DNA of 64,000 nucleotides, from assembly GCA_002269645.1 (NCBI GenBank), contig NIVC01002717.1, positions 5,776 through 69,775 of the forward strand, given 5' to 3'. Positions 21,348 to 44,425 of the stretch are shown here, one piece after another. Below the pieces are notes generated by a model, which was given only the letters and a program-made list of their open reading frames with translations, had not been told where the DNA came from and made no database searches. A program made the position numbers and the translations under genes. This stretch comes from Macrostomum lignano. Its lineage: Eukaryota. The stretch's first letter is position 1. The number at the start of each line of letters is the position of its first letter.

Positions 21348-22430
21348 GCGCCCCACTAAAGATTAAAATGGCGCCCCACCAAAGAGTCAAATAGCGCACC
21401 AATGAAGTGTCAAATAGCGCCCCACCAAAGGGTCAAATAGCGCCCCAATGAAGTGTCAAATAGCGCCCCACCAAAAAGTCAAATGGCGCCCCACCAAAGA
21501 GTCAAATAGCGCCCACCAAAGAGTCAAATAGCGCCCACCAAAGAGTCAAATAGCGCACCACTAAAGAGTCAAATAGCGCCCCAATGAAGTATCAAATAGC
21601 GCCCCACCAAAGAGTCAAATAGCGCACCACCAAATAGTCAAATAGCGCCCCACCAAAGAGTCAAATAGCGCACCACTAAAGAGTCAAATAGCGCACCACT
21701 AAAGAGTCAAATAGCGCACCACTAAAGAGTCAAATAGCGCACCACCAAAGAGTCAAATAGCGCACCACTAAAGAGTCAAATAGCGCCCCACCAAAGAGTC
21801 AAATAGCGCATTACCAAAGAGTCAAATAGCGCCCACCAAAGAGTCAAATAGCGCACCACTAAAGAGTCAAATAGCGCCCCAATGAAGTGTCAAATAGCGC
21901 CCCACCAAAGAGTCAAATAGCGCACCACCAAAGAGTCAAATAGCGCACCACTAAAGAGTCAAATAGCGCACCACTAAAGAGTCAAATAGCGCACCACTAA
22001 GGAGTCAAATAGCGCACCACCAAAGAGTCAAATAGCGCACCACTAAAGGATCAAATAGCGCCCCACCAAAGAGTCAAATAGCGCATTACCAAAGAGTCAA
22101 ATAGCGCACCACTAAAGAGTCAAATAGCGCCCCACCAAAGAGTCAAATAGCGCACCACTAAAGAGTCAAATAGCGCCCCACCAAAGAGTCAAATAGCGCA
22201 CCACTAAAGAGTCAAATAGCGCCCCACCAAAGAGTCAAATAGCGCACCACTAAAGAGTCAAATAGCGCCCCACCAAAGAGTCAAATAGCGCACCACCAAA
22301 GAGTCAAATGTCGCCCGACTAAAGAGTCAAATAGCGCACCACTATAGGGTCAAACGGCGCCCCACTATAGGGTCAAACGGCGCCCCAATGAAGGGTCAAA
22401 CGGCGCTCCAATGAGGGTCGAACGGCGTCC
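21348..22430. repeat. ~23-bp minisatellite GCGCCCCACCAAAGAGTCAAATA
   Basis: AAAGAGTCAAATAGCGC core recurs; GGCGCC variants at both ends. Confidence 0.92.
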
Positions 22431-22849
22431 ACAGGTTTTTTAGCTTAGAACGTTGAATTCATGGACTATTAGTTCATGGACTATTCAATCCAGACCTCAA
22501 GTCTGATTAGTGTCACACGCAATGCCTACGCCTGTGCCCATGCCGCTTCACCATTGGGCGGGAGATGAGTAAATACAGAGCACGGGAAAAGAGAAGAGAG
22601 GGCAAATGGCTCCACCCTGCTCGAGCTTCCCAGCCTCCCTTTCAGCAGATGAGGCAGACTGTAAAGACACAAGCAGGACATCCGCCTGTAATGTTGTAGA
22701 CGGATTAAAGTTAAATAATCCAAAAGCTTGCTGACTGGAAAACACTTCTCTTCCAAAAGTCCGTAAGTTCTTCGGCTTTTAAATAATTTTTTATAACTAT
22801 TCTAGCAAAAAGTGAAGATTTCAGAAAACCATGTTTTAAAATCTCCTGC

Positions 22850-23520
22850 AGACATCTCATGGATTCTCATACAGGGCGTAGAAATCTCGCATAGAGATCT
22901 CAGAAATCTTTTATAGATATCTTAAAAAATAGAGATCTCACACAGAAATCTCATGCGAAGATCTCATAGAAATCTCATGCAGAGATCCGAGACAGACTAG
23001 AAATCTCATGCGGAGATCTCATAGAAATCTCATGCAGAGATCCCAGACAGACTAGAAATCTCATGCGAAGATCTCATAGAAAACTCATGCAGAGATCCCA
23101 GACAGACTAGAAATCTCATGCGAAGATCTCATAGAAATCTCATGCAGAGATCCCAGACAGACTAGAAATCTCATGCGAAGATCTCATAGAAATCTCATGC
23201 AGAGATCCCAGACAGACTAGAAATCTCATGCGGAGATCTCATAGAAATCTCATGCAGAGATCCCAGACAGACTAGAAATCTCATGCGGAGATCTCATAGA
23301 AATCTCATGCAGAGATCCCAGACAGACTAGAAATCTCATGCGAAGATCTCATAGAAATCTCATGCAGAGATCCCAGACAGACTAGAAATCTCATGCGAAG
23401 ATCTCATAGAAATCTCATGCAGAGATCCCAGACAGAAATCTCGTTGGAAGGTCTCAGAATCTTGCACGAGATCTCATAAAAATCTCATACAGAGATCCCA
23501 GACGGAATTCTCATGCGAAG
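22850..23520. repeat. 55-bp compound minisatellite (GAAATCTCATGCGAAGATCTCATAGAAATCTCATGCAGAGATCCCAGACAGACTA)
   Basis: Period 55 (23041 to 23096); built from shorter AGAAATCTCAT subunits, which flank it. Confidence 0.92.
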
Positions 23521-23877
23521 GTCTCCCACAAACCTCATGGAGATCCCCGATTTCAAAGGTTCTCTTCTTTGATTGGCTAAAATTGATGTGGATCAGAGAT
23601 CTCAGAGACAGAGATAAGGGATTATCAATGCGGATTACCTACAGTATGTTTCGAAGCCTGCAACAGACTGATAAACTGCGACATCACTGTCACATCAAGA
23701 TGCTTTTGATAGCTGTGTGACTGACTCACCATTGTTTATGCTCTTTTTTTCCTGTGCTCCTTTGTTTTTGACCAGATGAATCGGATCGATAATTGCTTGT
23801 CCTGAAAACAGGATAACCGAGGGTTCATATAACTATAGTCAAATTTAGATACTCACTAACAGCTTAACTACTCAACT

Positions 23878-25095
23878 CGTGAACTCATAGACTCGTGAAC
23901 TCATAGACTCGTGAACTCATAGACTCGTGAACTCATAGACTCGTGAACTCATAGACTCGTGAACTCATAGACTCGTGAACTCATAGACTCGTGAACTCAT
24001 AGACTCGTGAACTCATAGACTCGTGAACTCATAGACTCGTGAACTCATAGACTCGTGAACTCATAGACTCGTGAACTCATAGACTCGTGAACTCATAGAC
24101 TCGTGAACTCATAGACTCGTGAACTCATAGACTCGTGAACTCATAGACTCGTGAACTCATAGACTCGTGAACTCATAGACTCGTGAACTCATAGACTCGT
24201 GAACTCATAGACTCGTGAACTCATAGACTCGTGAACTCATAGACTCGTGAACTCATAGACTCGTGAACTAATAGACTCGTGAACTCATAGACTTGTGAAC
24301 TCATAGACTCGTGAACTCATAGACTTGTGAACTCATAGACTCGTGAACTCATAGACTTGTGAACTCATAGACTCGTGAACTCATAGACTCGTGAACTCAT
24401 AGACTCGTGAACTCATAGACTCGTGAACTCATAGACTCGTGAACTCATAGACTCGTGAACTCATAGACTCGTGAACTCATAGACTCGTGAACTCATAGAC
24501 TCGTGAACTCATAGACTCGTGAACTCATAGACTCGTGAACTCATAGACTCGTGAACTCATAGACTCGTGAACTCATAGACTCGTGAACTCATAGACTCGT
24601 GAACTCATAGACTCGTGAACTCATAGACTCGTGAACTCATAGACTCGTGAACTCATAGACTCGTGAACTCATAGACTCGTGAACTCATAGACTCGTGAAC
24701 TAATAGACTCGTGAACTCATAGACTCGTGAACTCATAGACTCGTGAACTCATAGACTCGTGAACTCATAGACTCGTGAACTCATAGACTCGTGAACTCAT
24801 AGACTCGTGAACTCATAGACTCGTGAACTCATAGACTCGTGAACTCATAGACTCGTGAACTCATAGACTCGTGAACTCATAGACTCGTGAACTCATAGAC
24901 TCGTGAACTCATAGACTCGTGAACTCATAGACTCGTGAACTCATAGACTCGTGAACTCATAGACTCGTGAACTCATAGACTCGTGAACTCATAGACTCGT
25001 GAACTCATAGACTCGTGAACTCATAGACTCGTGAACTCATAGACTCGTGAACTCATAGACTCGTGAACTCATAGACTCGTGAACTCATAGACTCG
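23878..25095. repeat. Highly homogeneous 16-bp minisatellite GTGAACTCATAGACTC
   Basis: About 76 copies with only a handful of substitutions. Confidence 0.97.
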
Positions 25096-25282
25096 CGAGA
25101 TTCACACCTGCTGTTCTCAGCTTAATCAGTCAGAAATTAATTCTGTTTTTGTAAAGTTTGTCCAGAAACATATTAGTGTTAGTTTTTTATCAAACTGCAC
25201 GTTTGGCTAGTGTGTAACAGGTGGATTGTACCATGCCTGTTTAGCAGGTAGATAGAACTGCTAGATTCCAGATTCAAAATTA

Positions 25283-26040
25283 GCATGAGATCTACTAGAT
25301 CTAGTCTCAAGATAAGCGTGAGATCTACTAGATCTACTCTCTCTAGCGATAAAAGCATGAGATCTACGATCTAGTCTCAAGATAAGCGTGAGATCTACTA
25401 GATCTACTCTCTCTAGCGATATAAGCATGAGATCTACTAGATCTAGTCTCAAGATAAGCGTGAGATCTACTAGATCTACTCTCTCTAGCGATATAAGCAT
25501 GAGATCTACTAGATCTAGTCTCAAGATAAGCGTGAGATCTACTAGATCTACTCTCTCTAGCGATATAAGCATGAGATCTACTAGATCTAGTCTCAAGATA
25601 AGCGTGAGATCTACTAGATCTACTCTCTCTAGCGATATAAGCATGAGATCTACTAGATCTAGTCTCAAGATAAGCATGAGTTCTACTAGATCTAGTCTCA
25701 AGATAAGCATGAGATCTACTAGATCTACTCTCTTTAGCGATATAAGCATGAGACCTACTAGATCTACTCTCTCTCTAGAGATATAAGCATGAGATTTACT
25801 AGATCTACTCTCTCTAGAGATATAAGCATGAGATCGACTAGATCTACTCTCTCTAGAGATATAAGCATGAGATCGACTAGATTTAGTCTTCAGATTATCA
25901 TGAGATCTACTAGATATAGTCTCGAGATAAGCGTGAGATCTACAAGATCTACTCTCTCTAGCGATAGAAGCATGAGATCGACTAGATCTACTCTCTCTAG
26001 AGATATAAGCATGAGATCGACTAGATTTATTCTCTAGATA
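25283..26040. repeat. 33+39-bp dimeric minisatellite (TAAGCATGAGATCTACTAGATCTAGTCTCAAGA and variant)
   Basis: 24-aa ORF periodicity equals a 72-bp higher-order unit. Confidence 0.9.
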
Positions 26041-29000
26041 TAAGCATGAGATCTACTAGATCTAGTCTAAAATGACACAGTATTCTGGTCGACAGTCATA
26101 AGAGAACATGGGTTCCCCTGCAGAGACAGAAGATATAAGCATGAGATCTACTAGATCTAGTCTAAAATGACACAGTATTCTGGTCGACAGTCATAAGAGA
26201 ACATGGGTTCCCCTGCAGAGACAGAAGATATAAGCATGAGATCTACTAGATCTAGTCTAAAATGACACAGTATTCTGGTCGACAGTCATAAGAGAACATG
26301 GGTTCCCCTGCAGAGACAGAAGATATAAGCATGAGATCTACTAGATCTAGTCTAAAATGACACAGTATTCTGGTCGACAGTCATAAGAGAACATGAGTTC
26401 CCCTGCAGAGACAGAAGATATAAGCATGAGATCTACTAGATCTAGTCTAAAATGACACAGTATTCTGGTCGACAGTCATAAGAGAACATGGGTTCCCCTG
26501 CAGAGACAGAAGATATAAGCATGAGATCTACTAGATCTAGTCTAAAATGACACAGTATTCTGGTCGACAGTCATAAGAGAACATGGGTTCCCCTGCAGAG
26601 ACAGAAGATATAAGCATGAGATCTACTAGATCTAGTCTAAAATGACACAGTATTCTGGTCGACAGTCATAAGAGAACATGGGTTCCCCTGCAGAGACAGA
26701 AGATATAAGCATGAGATCTACTAGATCTAGTCTAAAATGACACAGTATTCTGGTCGACAGTCATAAGAGAACATGGGTTCCCCTGCAGAGACAGAAGATA
26801 TAAGCATGAGATCTACTAGATCTAGTCTAAAATGACACAGTATTCTGGTCGACAGTCATAAGAGAACATGGGTTCCCCTGCAGAGACAGAAGATATAAGC
26901 ATGAGATCTACTAGATCTAGTCTAAAATGACACAGTATTCTGGTCGACAGTCATAAGAGAACATGGGTTCCCCTGCAGAGACAGAAGATATAAGCATGAG
27001 ATCTACTAGATCTAGTCTAAAATGACACAGTATTCTGGTCGACAGTCATAAGAGAGCATGGGTTCCCCTGCAGAGACAGAAGATATAAGCATGAGATCTA
27101 CTAGATCTAGTCTAAAATGACACAGTATTCTGGTCGACAGTCATAAGAGAACATGAGTTCCCCTGCAGAGACAGAAGATATAAGCATGAGATCTACTAGA
27201 TCTAGTCTAAAATGACACAGTATTCTGGTCGACAGTCATAAGAGAACATGAGTTCCCCTGCAGAGACAGAAGATATAAGCATGAGATCTACTAGATCTAG
27301 TCTAAAATGACACAGTATTCTGGTCGACAGTCATAAGAGAACATGGGTTCCCCTGCAGAGACAGAAGATATAAGCATGAGATCTACTAGATCTAGTCTAA
27401 AATGACACAGTATTCTGGTCGACAGTCATAAGAGAACATGGGTTCCCCTGCAGAGACAGAAGATATAAGCATGAGATCTACTAGATCTAGTCTAAAATGA
27501 CACAGTATTCTGGTCGACAGTCATAAGAGAACATGGGTTCCCCTGCAGAGACAGAAGATATAAGCATGAGATCTACTAGATCTAGTCTAAAATGACACAG
27601 TATTCTGGTCGACAGTCATAAGAGAACATGGGTTCCCCTGCAGAGACAGAAGATATAAGCATGAGATCTACTAGATCTAGTCTAAAATGACACAGTATTC
27701 TGGTCGACAGTCATAAGAGAACATGGGTTCCCCTGCAGAGACAGAAGATATAAGCATGAGATCTACTAGATCTAGTCTAAAATGACACAGTATTCTGGTC
27801 GACAGTCATAAGAGAACATGGGTTCCCCTGCAGAGACAGAAGATATAAGCATGAGATCTACTAGATCTAGTCTAAAATGACACAGTATTCTGGTCGACAG
27901 TCATAAGAGAACATGGGTTCCCCTGCAGAGACAGAAGATATAAGCATGAGATCTACTAGATCTAGTCTAAAATGACACAGTATTCTGGTCGACAGTCATA
28001 AGAGAACATGGGTTCCCCTGCAGAGACAGAAGATATAAGCATGAGATCTACTAGATCTAGTCTAAAATGACACAGTATTCTGGTCGACAGTCATAAGAGA
28101 ACATGGGTTCCCCTGCAGAGACAGAAGATATAAGCATGAGATCTACTAGATCTAGTCTAAAATGACACAGTATTCTGGTCGACAGTCATAAGAGAACATG
28201 GGTTCCCCTGCAGAGACAGAAGATATAAGCATGAGATCTACTAGATCTAGTCTAAAATGACACAGTATTCTGGTCGACAGTCATAAGAGAACATGGGTTC
28301 CCCTGCAGAGACAGAAGATATAAGCATGAGATCTACTAGATCTAGTCTAAAATGACACAGTATTCTGGTCGACAGTCATAAGAGAACATGGGTTCCCCTG
28401 CAGAGACAGAAGATATAAGCATGAGATCTACTAGATCTAGTCTAAAATGACACAGTATTCTGGTCGACAGTCATAAGAGAACATGAGTTCCCCTGCAGAG
28501 ACAGAAGATATAAGCATGAGATCTACTAGATCTAGTCTAAAATGACACAGTATTCTGGTCGACAGTCATAAGAGAACATGAGTTCCCCTGCAGAGACAGA
28601 AGATATAAGCATGAGATCTACTAGATCTAGTCTAAAATGACACAGTATTCTGGTCGACAGTCATAAGAGAACATGGGTTCCCCTGCAGAGACAGAAGATA
28701 TAAGCATGAGATCTACTAGATCTAGTCTAAAATGACACAGTATTCTGGTCGACAGTCATAAGAGAACATGGGTTCCCCTGCAGAGACAGAAGATATAAGC
28801 ATGAGATCTACTAGATCTAGTCTAAAATGACACAGTATTCTGGTCGACAGTCATAAGAGAACATGGGTTCCCCTGCAGAGACAGAAGATATAAGCATGAG
28901 ATCTACTAGATCTAGTCTAAAATGACACAGTATTCTGGTCGACAGTCATAAGAGAACATGGGTTCCCCTGCAGAGACAGAAGATATAAGCATGAGATCTA

Positions 29001-32000
29001 CTAGATCTAGTCTAAAATGACACAGTATTCTGGTCGACAGTCATAAGAGAACATGGGTTCCCCTGCAGAGACAGAAGATATAAGCATGAGATCTACTAGA
29101 TCTAGTCTAAAATGACACAGTATTCTGGTCGACAGTCATAAGAGAACATGGGTTCCCCTGCAGAGACAGAAGATATAAGCATGAGATCTACTAGATCTAG
29201 TCTAAAATGACACAGTATTCTGGTCGACAGTCATAAGAGAACATGAGTTCCCCTGCAGAGACAGAAGATATAAGCATGAGATCTACTAGATCTAGTCTAA
29301 AATGACACAGTATTCTGGTCGACAGTCATAAGAGAACATGGGTTCCCCTGCAGAGACAGAAGATATAAGCATGAGATCTACTAGATCTAGTCTAAAATGA
29401 CACAGTATTCTGGTCGACAGTCATAAGAGAACATGGGTTCCCCTGCAGAGACAGAAGATATAAGCATGAGATCTACTAGATCTAGTCTAAAATGACACAG
29501 TATTCTGGTCGACAGTCATAAGAGAACATGGGTTCCCCTGCAGAGACAGAAGATATAAGCATGAGATCTACTAGATCTAGTCTAAAATGACACAGTATTC
29601 TGGTCGACAGTCATAAGAGAACATGGGTTCCCCTGCAGAGACAGAAGATATAAGCATGAGATCTACTAGATCTAGTCTAAAATGACACAGTATTCTGGTC
29701 GACAGTCATAAGAGAACATGGTTCCCCTGCAGAGACAGAAGATATAAGCATGAGATCTACTAGATCTAGTCTAAAATGACACAGTATTCTGGTCGACAGT
29801 CATAAGAGAACATGGGTTCCCCTGCAGAGACAGAAGATATAAGCATGAGATCTACTAGATCTAGTCTAAAATGACACAGTATTCTGGTCGACAGTCATAA
29901 GAGAACATGGGTTCCCCTGCAGAGACAGAAGATATAAGCATGAGATCTACTAGATCTAGTCTAAAATGACACAGTATTCTGGTCGACAGTCATAAGAGAA
30001 CATGGGTTCCCCTGCAGAGACAGAAGATATAAGCATGAGATCTACTAGATCTAGTCTAAAATGACACAGTATTCTGGTCGACAGTCATAAGAGAACATGG
30101 GTTCCCCTGCAGAGACAGAAGATATAAGCATGAGATCTACTAGATCTAGTCTAAAATGACACAGTATTCTGGTCGACAGTCATAAGAGAACATGGGTTCC
30201 CCTGCAGAGACAGAAGATATAAGCATGAGATCTACTAGATCTAGTCTAAAATGACACAGTATTCTGGTCGACAGTCATAAGAGAACATGGGTTCCCCTGC
30301 AGAGACAGAAGATATAAGCATGAGATCTACTAGATCTAGTCTAAAATGACACAGTATTCTGGTCGACAGTCATAAGAGAACATGGGTTCCCCTGCAGAGA
30401 CAGAAGATATAAGCATGAGATCTACTAGATCTAGTCTAAAATGACACAGTATTCTGGTCGACAGTCATAAGAGAACATGGTTCCCCTGCAGAGACAGAAG
30501 ATATAAGCATGAGATCTACTAGATCTAGTCTAAAATGACACAGTATTCTGGTCGACAGTCATAAGAGAACATGGGTTCCCCTGCAGAGACAGAAGATATA
30601 AGCATGAGATCTACTAGATCTAGTCTAAAATGACACAGTATTCTGGTCGACAGTCATAAGAGAACATGGTTCCCCTGCAGAGACAGAAGATATAAGCATG
30701 AGATCTACTAGATCTAGTCTAAAATGACACAGTATTCTGGTCGACAGTCATAAGAGAACATGAGTTCCCCTGCAGAGACAGAAGATATAAGCATGAGATC
30801 TACTAGATCTAGTCTAAAATGACACAGTATTCTGGTCGACAGTCATAAGAGAACATGGGTTCCCCTGCAGAGACAGAAGATATAAGCATGAGATCTACTA
30901 GATCTAGTCTAAAATGACACAGTATTCTGGTCGACAGTCATAAGAGAACATGGTTCCCCTGCAGAGACAGAAGATATAAGCATGAGATCTACTAGATCTA
31001 GTCTAAAATGACACAGTATTCTGGTCGACAGTCATAAGAGAACATGAGTTCCCCTGCAGAGACAGAAGATATAAGCATGAGATCTACTAGATCTAGTCTA
31101 AAATGACACAGTATTCTGGTCGACAGTCATAAGAGAACATGAGTTCCCCTGCAGAGACAGAAGATATAAGCATGAGATCTACTAGATCTAGTCTAAAATG
31201 ACACAGTATTCTGGTCGACAGTCATAAGAGAACATGGTTCCCCTGCAGAGACAGAAGATATAAGCATGAGATCTACTAGATCTAGTCTAAAATGACACAG
31301 TATTCTGGTCGACAGTCATAAGAGAACATGGGTTCCCCTGCAGAGACAGAAGATATAAGCATGAGATCTACTAGATCTAGTCTAAAATGACACAGTATTC
31401 TGGTCGACAGTCATAAGAGAACATGGTTCCCCTGCAGAGACAGAAGATATAAGCATGAGATCTACTAGATCTAGTCTAAAATGACACAGTATTCTGGTCG
31501 ACAGTCATAAGAGAACATGAGTTCCCCTGCAGAGACAGAAGATATAAGCATGAGATCTACTAGATCTAGTCTAAAATGACACAGTATTCTGGTCGACAGT
31601 CATAAGAGAACATGGGTTCCCCTGCAGAGACAGAAGATATAAGCATGAGATCTACTAGATCTAGTCTAAAATGACACAGTATTCTGGTCGACAGTCATAA
31701 GAGAACATGAGTTCCCCTGCAGAGACAGAAGATATAAGCATGAGATCTACTAGATCTAGTCTAAAATGACACAGTATTCTGGTCGACAGTCATAAGAGAA
31801 CATGAGTTCCCCTGCAGAGACAGAAGATATAAGCATGAGATCTACTAGATCTAGTCTAAAATGACACAGTATTCTGGTCGACAGTCATAAGAGAACATGG
31901 GTTCCCCTGCAGAGACAGAAGATATAAGCATGAGATCTACTAGATCTAGTCTAAAATGACACAGTATTCTGGTCGACAGTCATAAGAGAACATGGGTTCC

Positions 32001-32236
32001 CCTGCAGAGACAGAAGATATAAGCATGAGATCTACTAGATCTAGTCTAAAATGACACAGTATTCTGGTCGACAGTCATAAGAGAACATGGTTCCCCTGCA
32101 GAGACAGAAGATATAAGCATGAGATCTACTAGATCTAGTCTAAAATGACACAGTATTCTGGTCGACAGTCATAAGAGAACATGAGTTCCCCTGCAGAGAC
32201 AGAAGATATAAGCATGAGATCTACTAGATCTAGTCT
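26041..32236. repeat. 95-bp satellite array, about 65 copies
   Basis: Unit TAAGCATGAGATCTACTAGATCTAGTCTAAAATGACACAGTATTCTGGTCGACAGTCATAAGAGAACATGGGTTCCCCTGCAGAGACAGAAGATA; near-identical copies varying mainly at CATGGG/CATGAG/CATGG. Confidence 0.98.
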
Positions 32237-32569
32237 GCACAGTATTCTGTAAAAAGGATCTGTTTAAGATACGTACAACCAGGCTTTAAGCTAAATGGGA
32301 ATTCTGTAGGCAAATCGGGTTAGAGAGGTATTGGGTGTGGTCTCAGGCTAGCTCTGTCATCGTGTTTCGAATAATCCCAATAAGGCGAATTTCTCTCCAG
32401 TGCAAGAAAACTGTGCGTGCTCCACATCTCACGCGATAAAATTTGTAGCTTGAAATAAATTGCTCAAGCATCGCTAAGAAACAATACAAGGGCAGATCTG
32501 CGAAAAATATGAAATCTCCGGAATTGATACTTAACGATTTTTAACGCGGCATTCTTTTTCTTGTAACTC

Positions 32570-33050
32570 ACTTTATTATGTAATCTACTCACTCTACCGT
32601 AAAATTTACTCCCTCTATCATGTAATCTCACTCTAGCATGTGATCTACTCACTCTAGCATGTAATCTACTCAGTCTATCATGTAATCTCACTCCAGCATG
32701 TAATCTACTCACTCTATCATGTAATCTACTCACTCCAGCATGTAATCTACTCACTCTATCATGTAATCTACTCACTCTATCATGTAATCTACTCACTCCA
32801 GCATGTAATCTACTCACTCTATCATGTAATCTACTCACTCCAGCATGTAATCAACTCACTCTATCATGCAATCAACTGACTCCAAAATGTAATTTGCTCA
32901 CTCTATCCTGTAATCTACTCACTCTATCATGCAATCAACTCACTCCAAAATGTAATTTACTCACTCTATCGTGTAATATACTTGCTCTTGCATGTAATCT
33001 GCTCAGTCTACGGTAGAATCTACTCAATTCTATCATGCAATCTACTCACT
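32570..33050. repeat. 21-bp minisatellite CATGTAATCTACTCACTCTAT
   Basis: 7-aa periodicity in the antisense ORF; ends just before the acceptor at 33060. Confidence 0.9.
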
Positions 33051-33118
33051 AATAGTGCAGCCTCAAGTCGCACTTCCCCACTTCATCGCCCGCTGCACGG
33101 CACCCTCAGCAGGCGGCA

Positions 33119-41817
<8,699 letters not shown>

Positions 41818-42124
41818 ACTGCTTTACTATTTTTTACAAAAATGCGCGATACTCTCTACTCTCCTATGGATAGTAAGTAGTGTAAATCTGTCGCGTTGAG
41901 AATGATTCAACAGTTTCTTTTGTTGAAAACTTTCACCATTTTCCTATTTAAAAAAACTTTAAAAAATTAAAACTATCACTTTGCACTTCGATTTCGTTTC
42001 AAAGCGAAGTTGTTAATATTTTTCCTGGTGACAAATAAACAATCCCAATGCAATGTATTCATAAACAGTGAATTGGAATTCATTTTCAGTTTTATTTCTA
42101 ATCATTCTACCTTTACCTTTAAGA

Positions 42125-43440
42125 TTCACCCTCCCCGGAGATTCACCCATCAATCCCTGAGATTCACTCACTCATCCATAAGACTCAGTCTCCCGCTCCT
42201 GATATTCACTTACTCATCCATAAGACTCACTCTCCCGCTCCTGATATTCACTCACTCATCCATAAGACTCACTCTCCCGCTCCTGATATTCACTCACTCA
42301 TCCATAAGACTCACTCTCCCGCTCCTGATATTCACTCACTCATCCATAAGACTCACTCTCCCGCTCCTAATATTCACTTACTCATCCATAAGATTCACTC
42401 TCCCCGGAGATTCACTCACCTATCCTTGAGATTCACTCACCCATCCATGAGATTCAGTCACCCATTCATGAGATTCACCTCCTTCCCTGTGATTTACCCT
42501 CCCTCAGATTCACCCTCCCTGAGATTCACCCTCCTTGAGATTCACCTCCCTCCCTGAGATTCAACCTCCCTGAGATTCACCCTCCCTGAGATTCACTCTC
42601 CTTCCCTTGAGATTCACTCTCCCTCCCTGAGATTCACCCTCCCTGAGATTCACCCTCCTTGAGATTCACCCTCCCTGAGATTCACCCTCCTTGAGATTCA
42701 CCTCCCTCCCTGAGATTCAACCTCCCTGACATTCACCCTCCCTGAGATTCACTCTCCTTCCCTTGAGATTCACTCTCCCTGCCTGAGATTCACCCTCCTG
42801 AGATTCACCCTCCCTGAGATTCACCCTCCCTGAGATTCACCCTCCTTGAGATTCACTCTCCCTCCCTGAGATTCACCCTCCCTGAGATTCACCCTCCTTG
42901 AGATTCACCTCCCTCCCTGAGATTCAACCTCCCTGAGATTCACCCTCCCTGAGATTCACTCTCCTTCCCTTGAGATTCACTCTCCCTCCCTGAGATTCAC
43001 CCTCCTTGAGATTCACCTCCCTCCCTGAGATTCAACCTCCCTGAGATTCACCCTCCCTGAGATTCACTCTCCTTCCCTTGAGATTCACTCTCCCTCCCTG
43101 AGATTCACCCTCCTGAGATTCACCCTCCCTGAGATTCACCCTCCCCGAGATTCACCCTCCTTGAGATTCACTCTCCCTCCCTGAGATTCACCCTCCCTGA
43201 GATTCACCCTCCTTGAGATTCACCTCCCTCCCTGAGATTCAACCTCCCTGAGATTCACCCTCCCTGAGATTCACTCTCCTTCCCTTGAGATTCACTCTCC
43301 CTCCCTGAGATTCACCCTCCTGAGATTCACCCTCCCTGAGATTCACCCTCCCTGAGATTCACCCTCCTTGAGATTCACTCTCCCTCCCTGAGATTCACCC
43401 TCCCTGAGATTCACCCTCCCTGAGATTCACCTGAGATTAA
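42125..43440. repeat. Compound array: 42-bp unit then ~16-bp GAGATTCACCCTCCCT units
   Basis: 14-aa periodicity at the start; GAGATTCAC core throughout. Confidence 0.92.
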
Positions 43441-43904
43441 TAATTTGAATTTAATTTTGCAAGTCCCAATTATAAAACTCGAATATTAAAAATGAAAGTC
43501 ATGTTTTGTTTGACTTTGAGCTAGTCTGAACTCGGCTTCCTGAATGGATTCGCAGAAACACTTTCTGCTTGACTAGAAATTCGAAAAATACACAAAGCCA
43601 AGTTAGCAGATTCTGGTAAACACTCTGCAGACCTCGCAGCTTCCGCCTTCTCCATCCCATTTCTCCAGCATCAAAAGATTCGAAAGATCAAACAATATTC
43701 TTCAATAAAAAGCTTTGATTAAAGACTTTTCAAGCGTGCTGGCTAGCGTAACAACTTGTTACTCCAATGCCTTTGTGGATAAGCCTGGGTTAATTCTCGT
43801 ACCTGTTATACTAGGGGCTAATATTCACTGGCATGACTATTTTACTTGGCAAATATTCAGTCTTGCGGCTTTGCCAACCTTCTTTTCTGTCAATTTCACA
43901 AATA

Positions 43905-44425
43905 GAAAGAGAAGTAGAGAGTGAGGGTAGAGTGTACAGAGAGAGGTAGTGAGAGAGAGGTTAGAAACCGAGGGTTAGAGAGGGAGGCTTAGAGAGGGAG
44001 GGGTAGAGAGGGAGGGGTAGAGAGGGAGGGGTAGATAGGAAGAGGCAGAGAAGAAGGGTAGAGAGTGAGAGGTAGATAGTGAGAGGTAGAGAGTGAGAGG
44101 TAGATAGTGAGAGGTAGAGAGGGAGAGGGAGAGAGTGAGAGGTAGAGAGGGAGAGGTAGAGAGTGAGAGGTAGATAGTGAGAGGTAGAGAGGGAGAGGGA
44201 GAGAGTGAGAGGTAGAGAGGGAGAGGTAGAGAGTGAGAGGTAGAGAGGGAGAGGGAGAGAGTGAGAGGTAGAGAGGGAGAGGTAGAGAGTGAGAGGTAGA
44301 GAGGGAGGAGTAGAGAGGGAGAGGTAGAGAGGGAGAGGTAGAGAGGGAGAGGTAGAGAGGGAGAGGTAGAGAGGGAGAGGTAGAGAGGGAGAGGCAGAGA
44401 AGAAGGGGAGAGCAGAGTAGAGAGC
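43905..44425. repeat. GA-rich 12-bp repeat GAGGGAGAGGTA
   Basis: Read directly. Confidence 0.88.

Noticed and set aside
22526-22756. Short ORFs in the unique block between arrays
   Set aside because: Short, no motifs, and no linked exons found.
26041-32236. CRISPR array or ribozyme-containing satellite
   Set aside because: There are no unique spacers, the context is eukaryotic, and neither strand has a CTGANGA/GAAA core.
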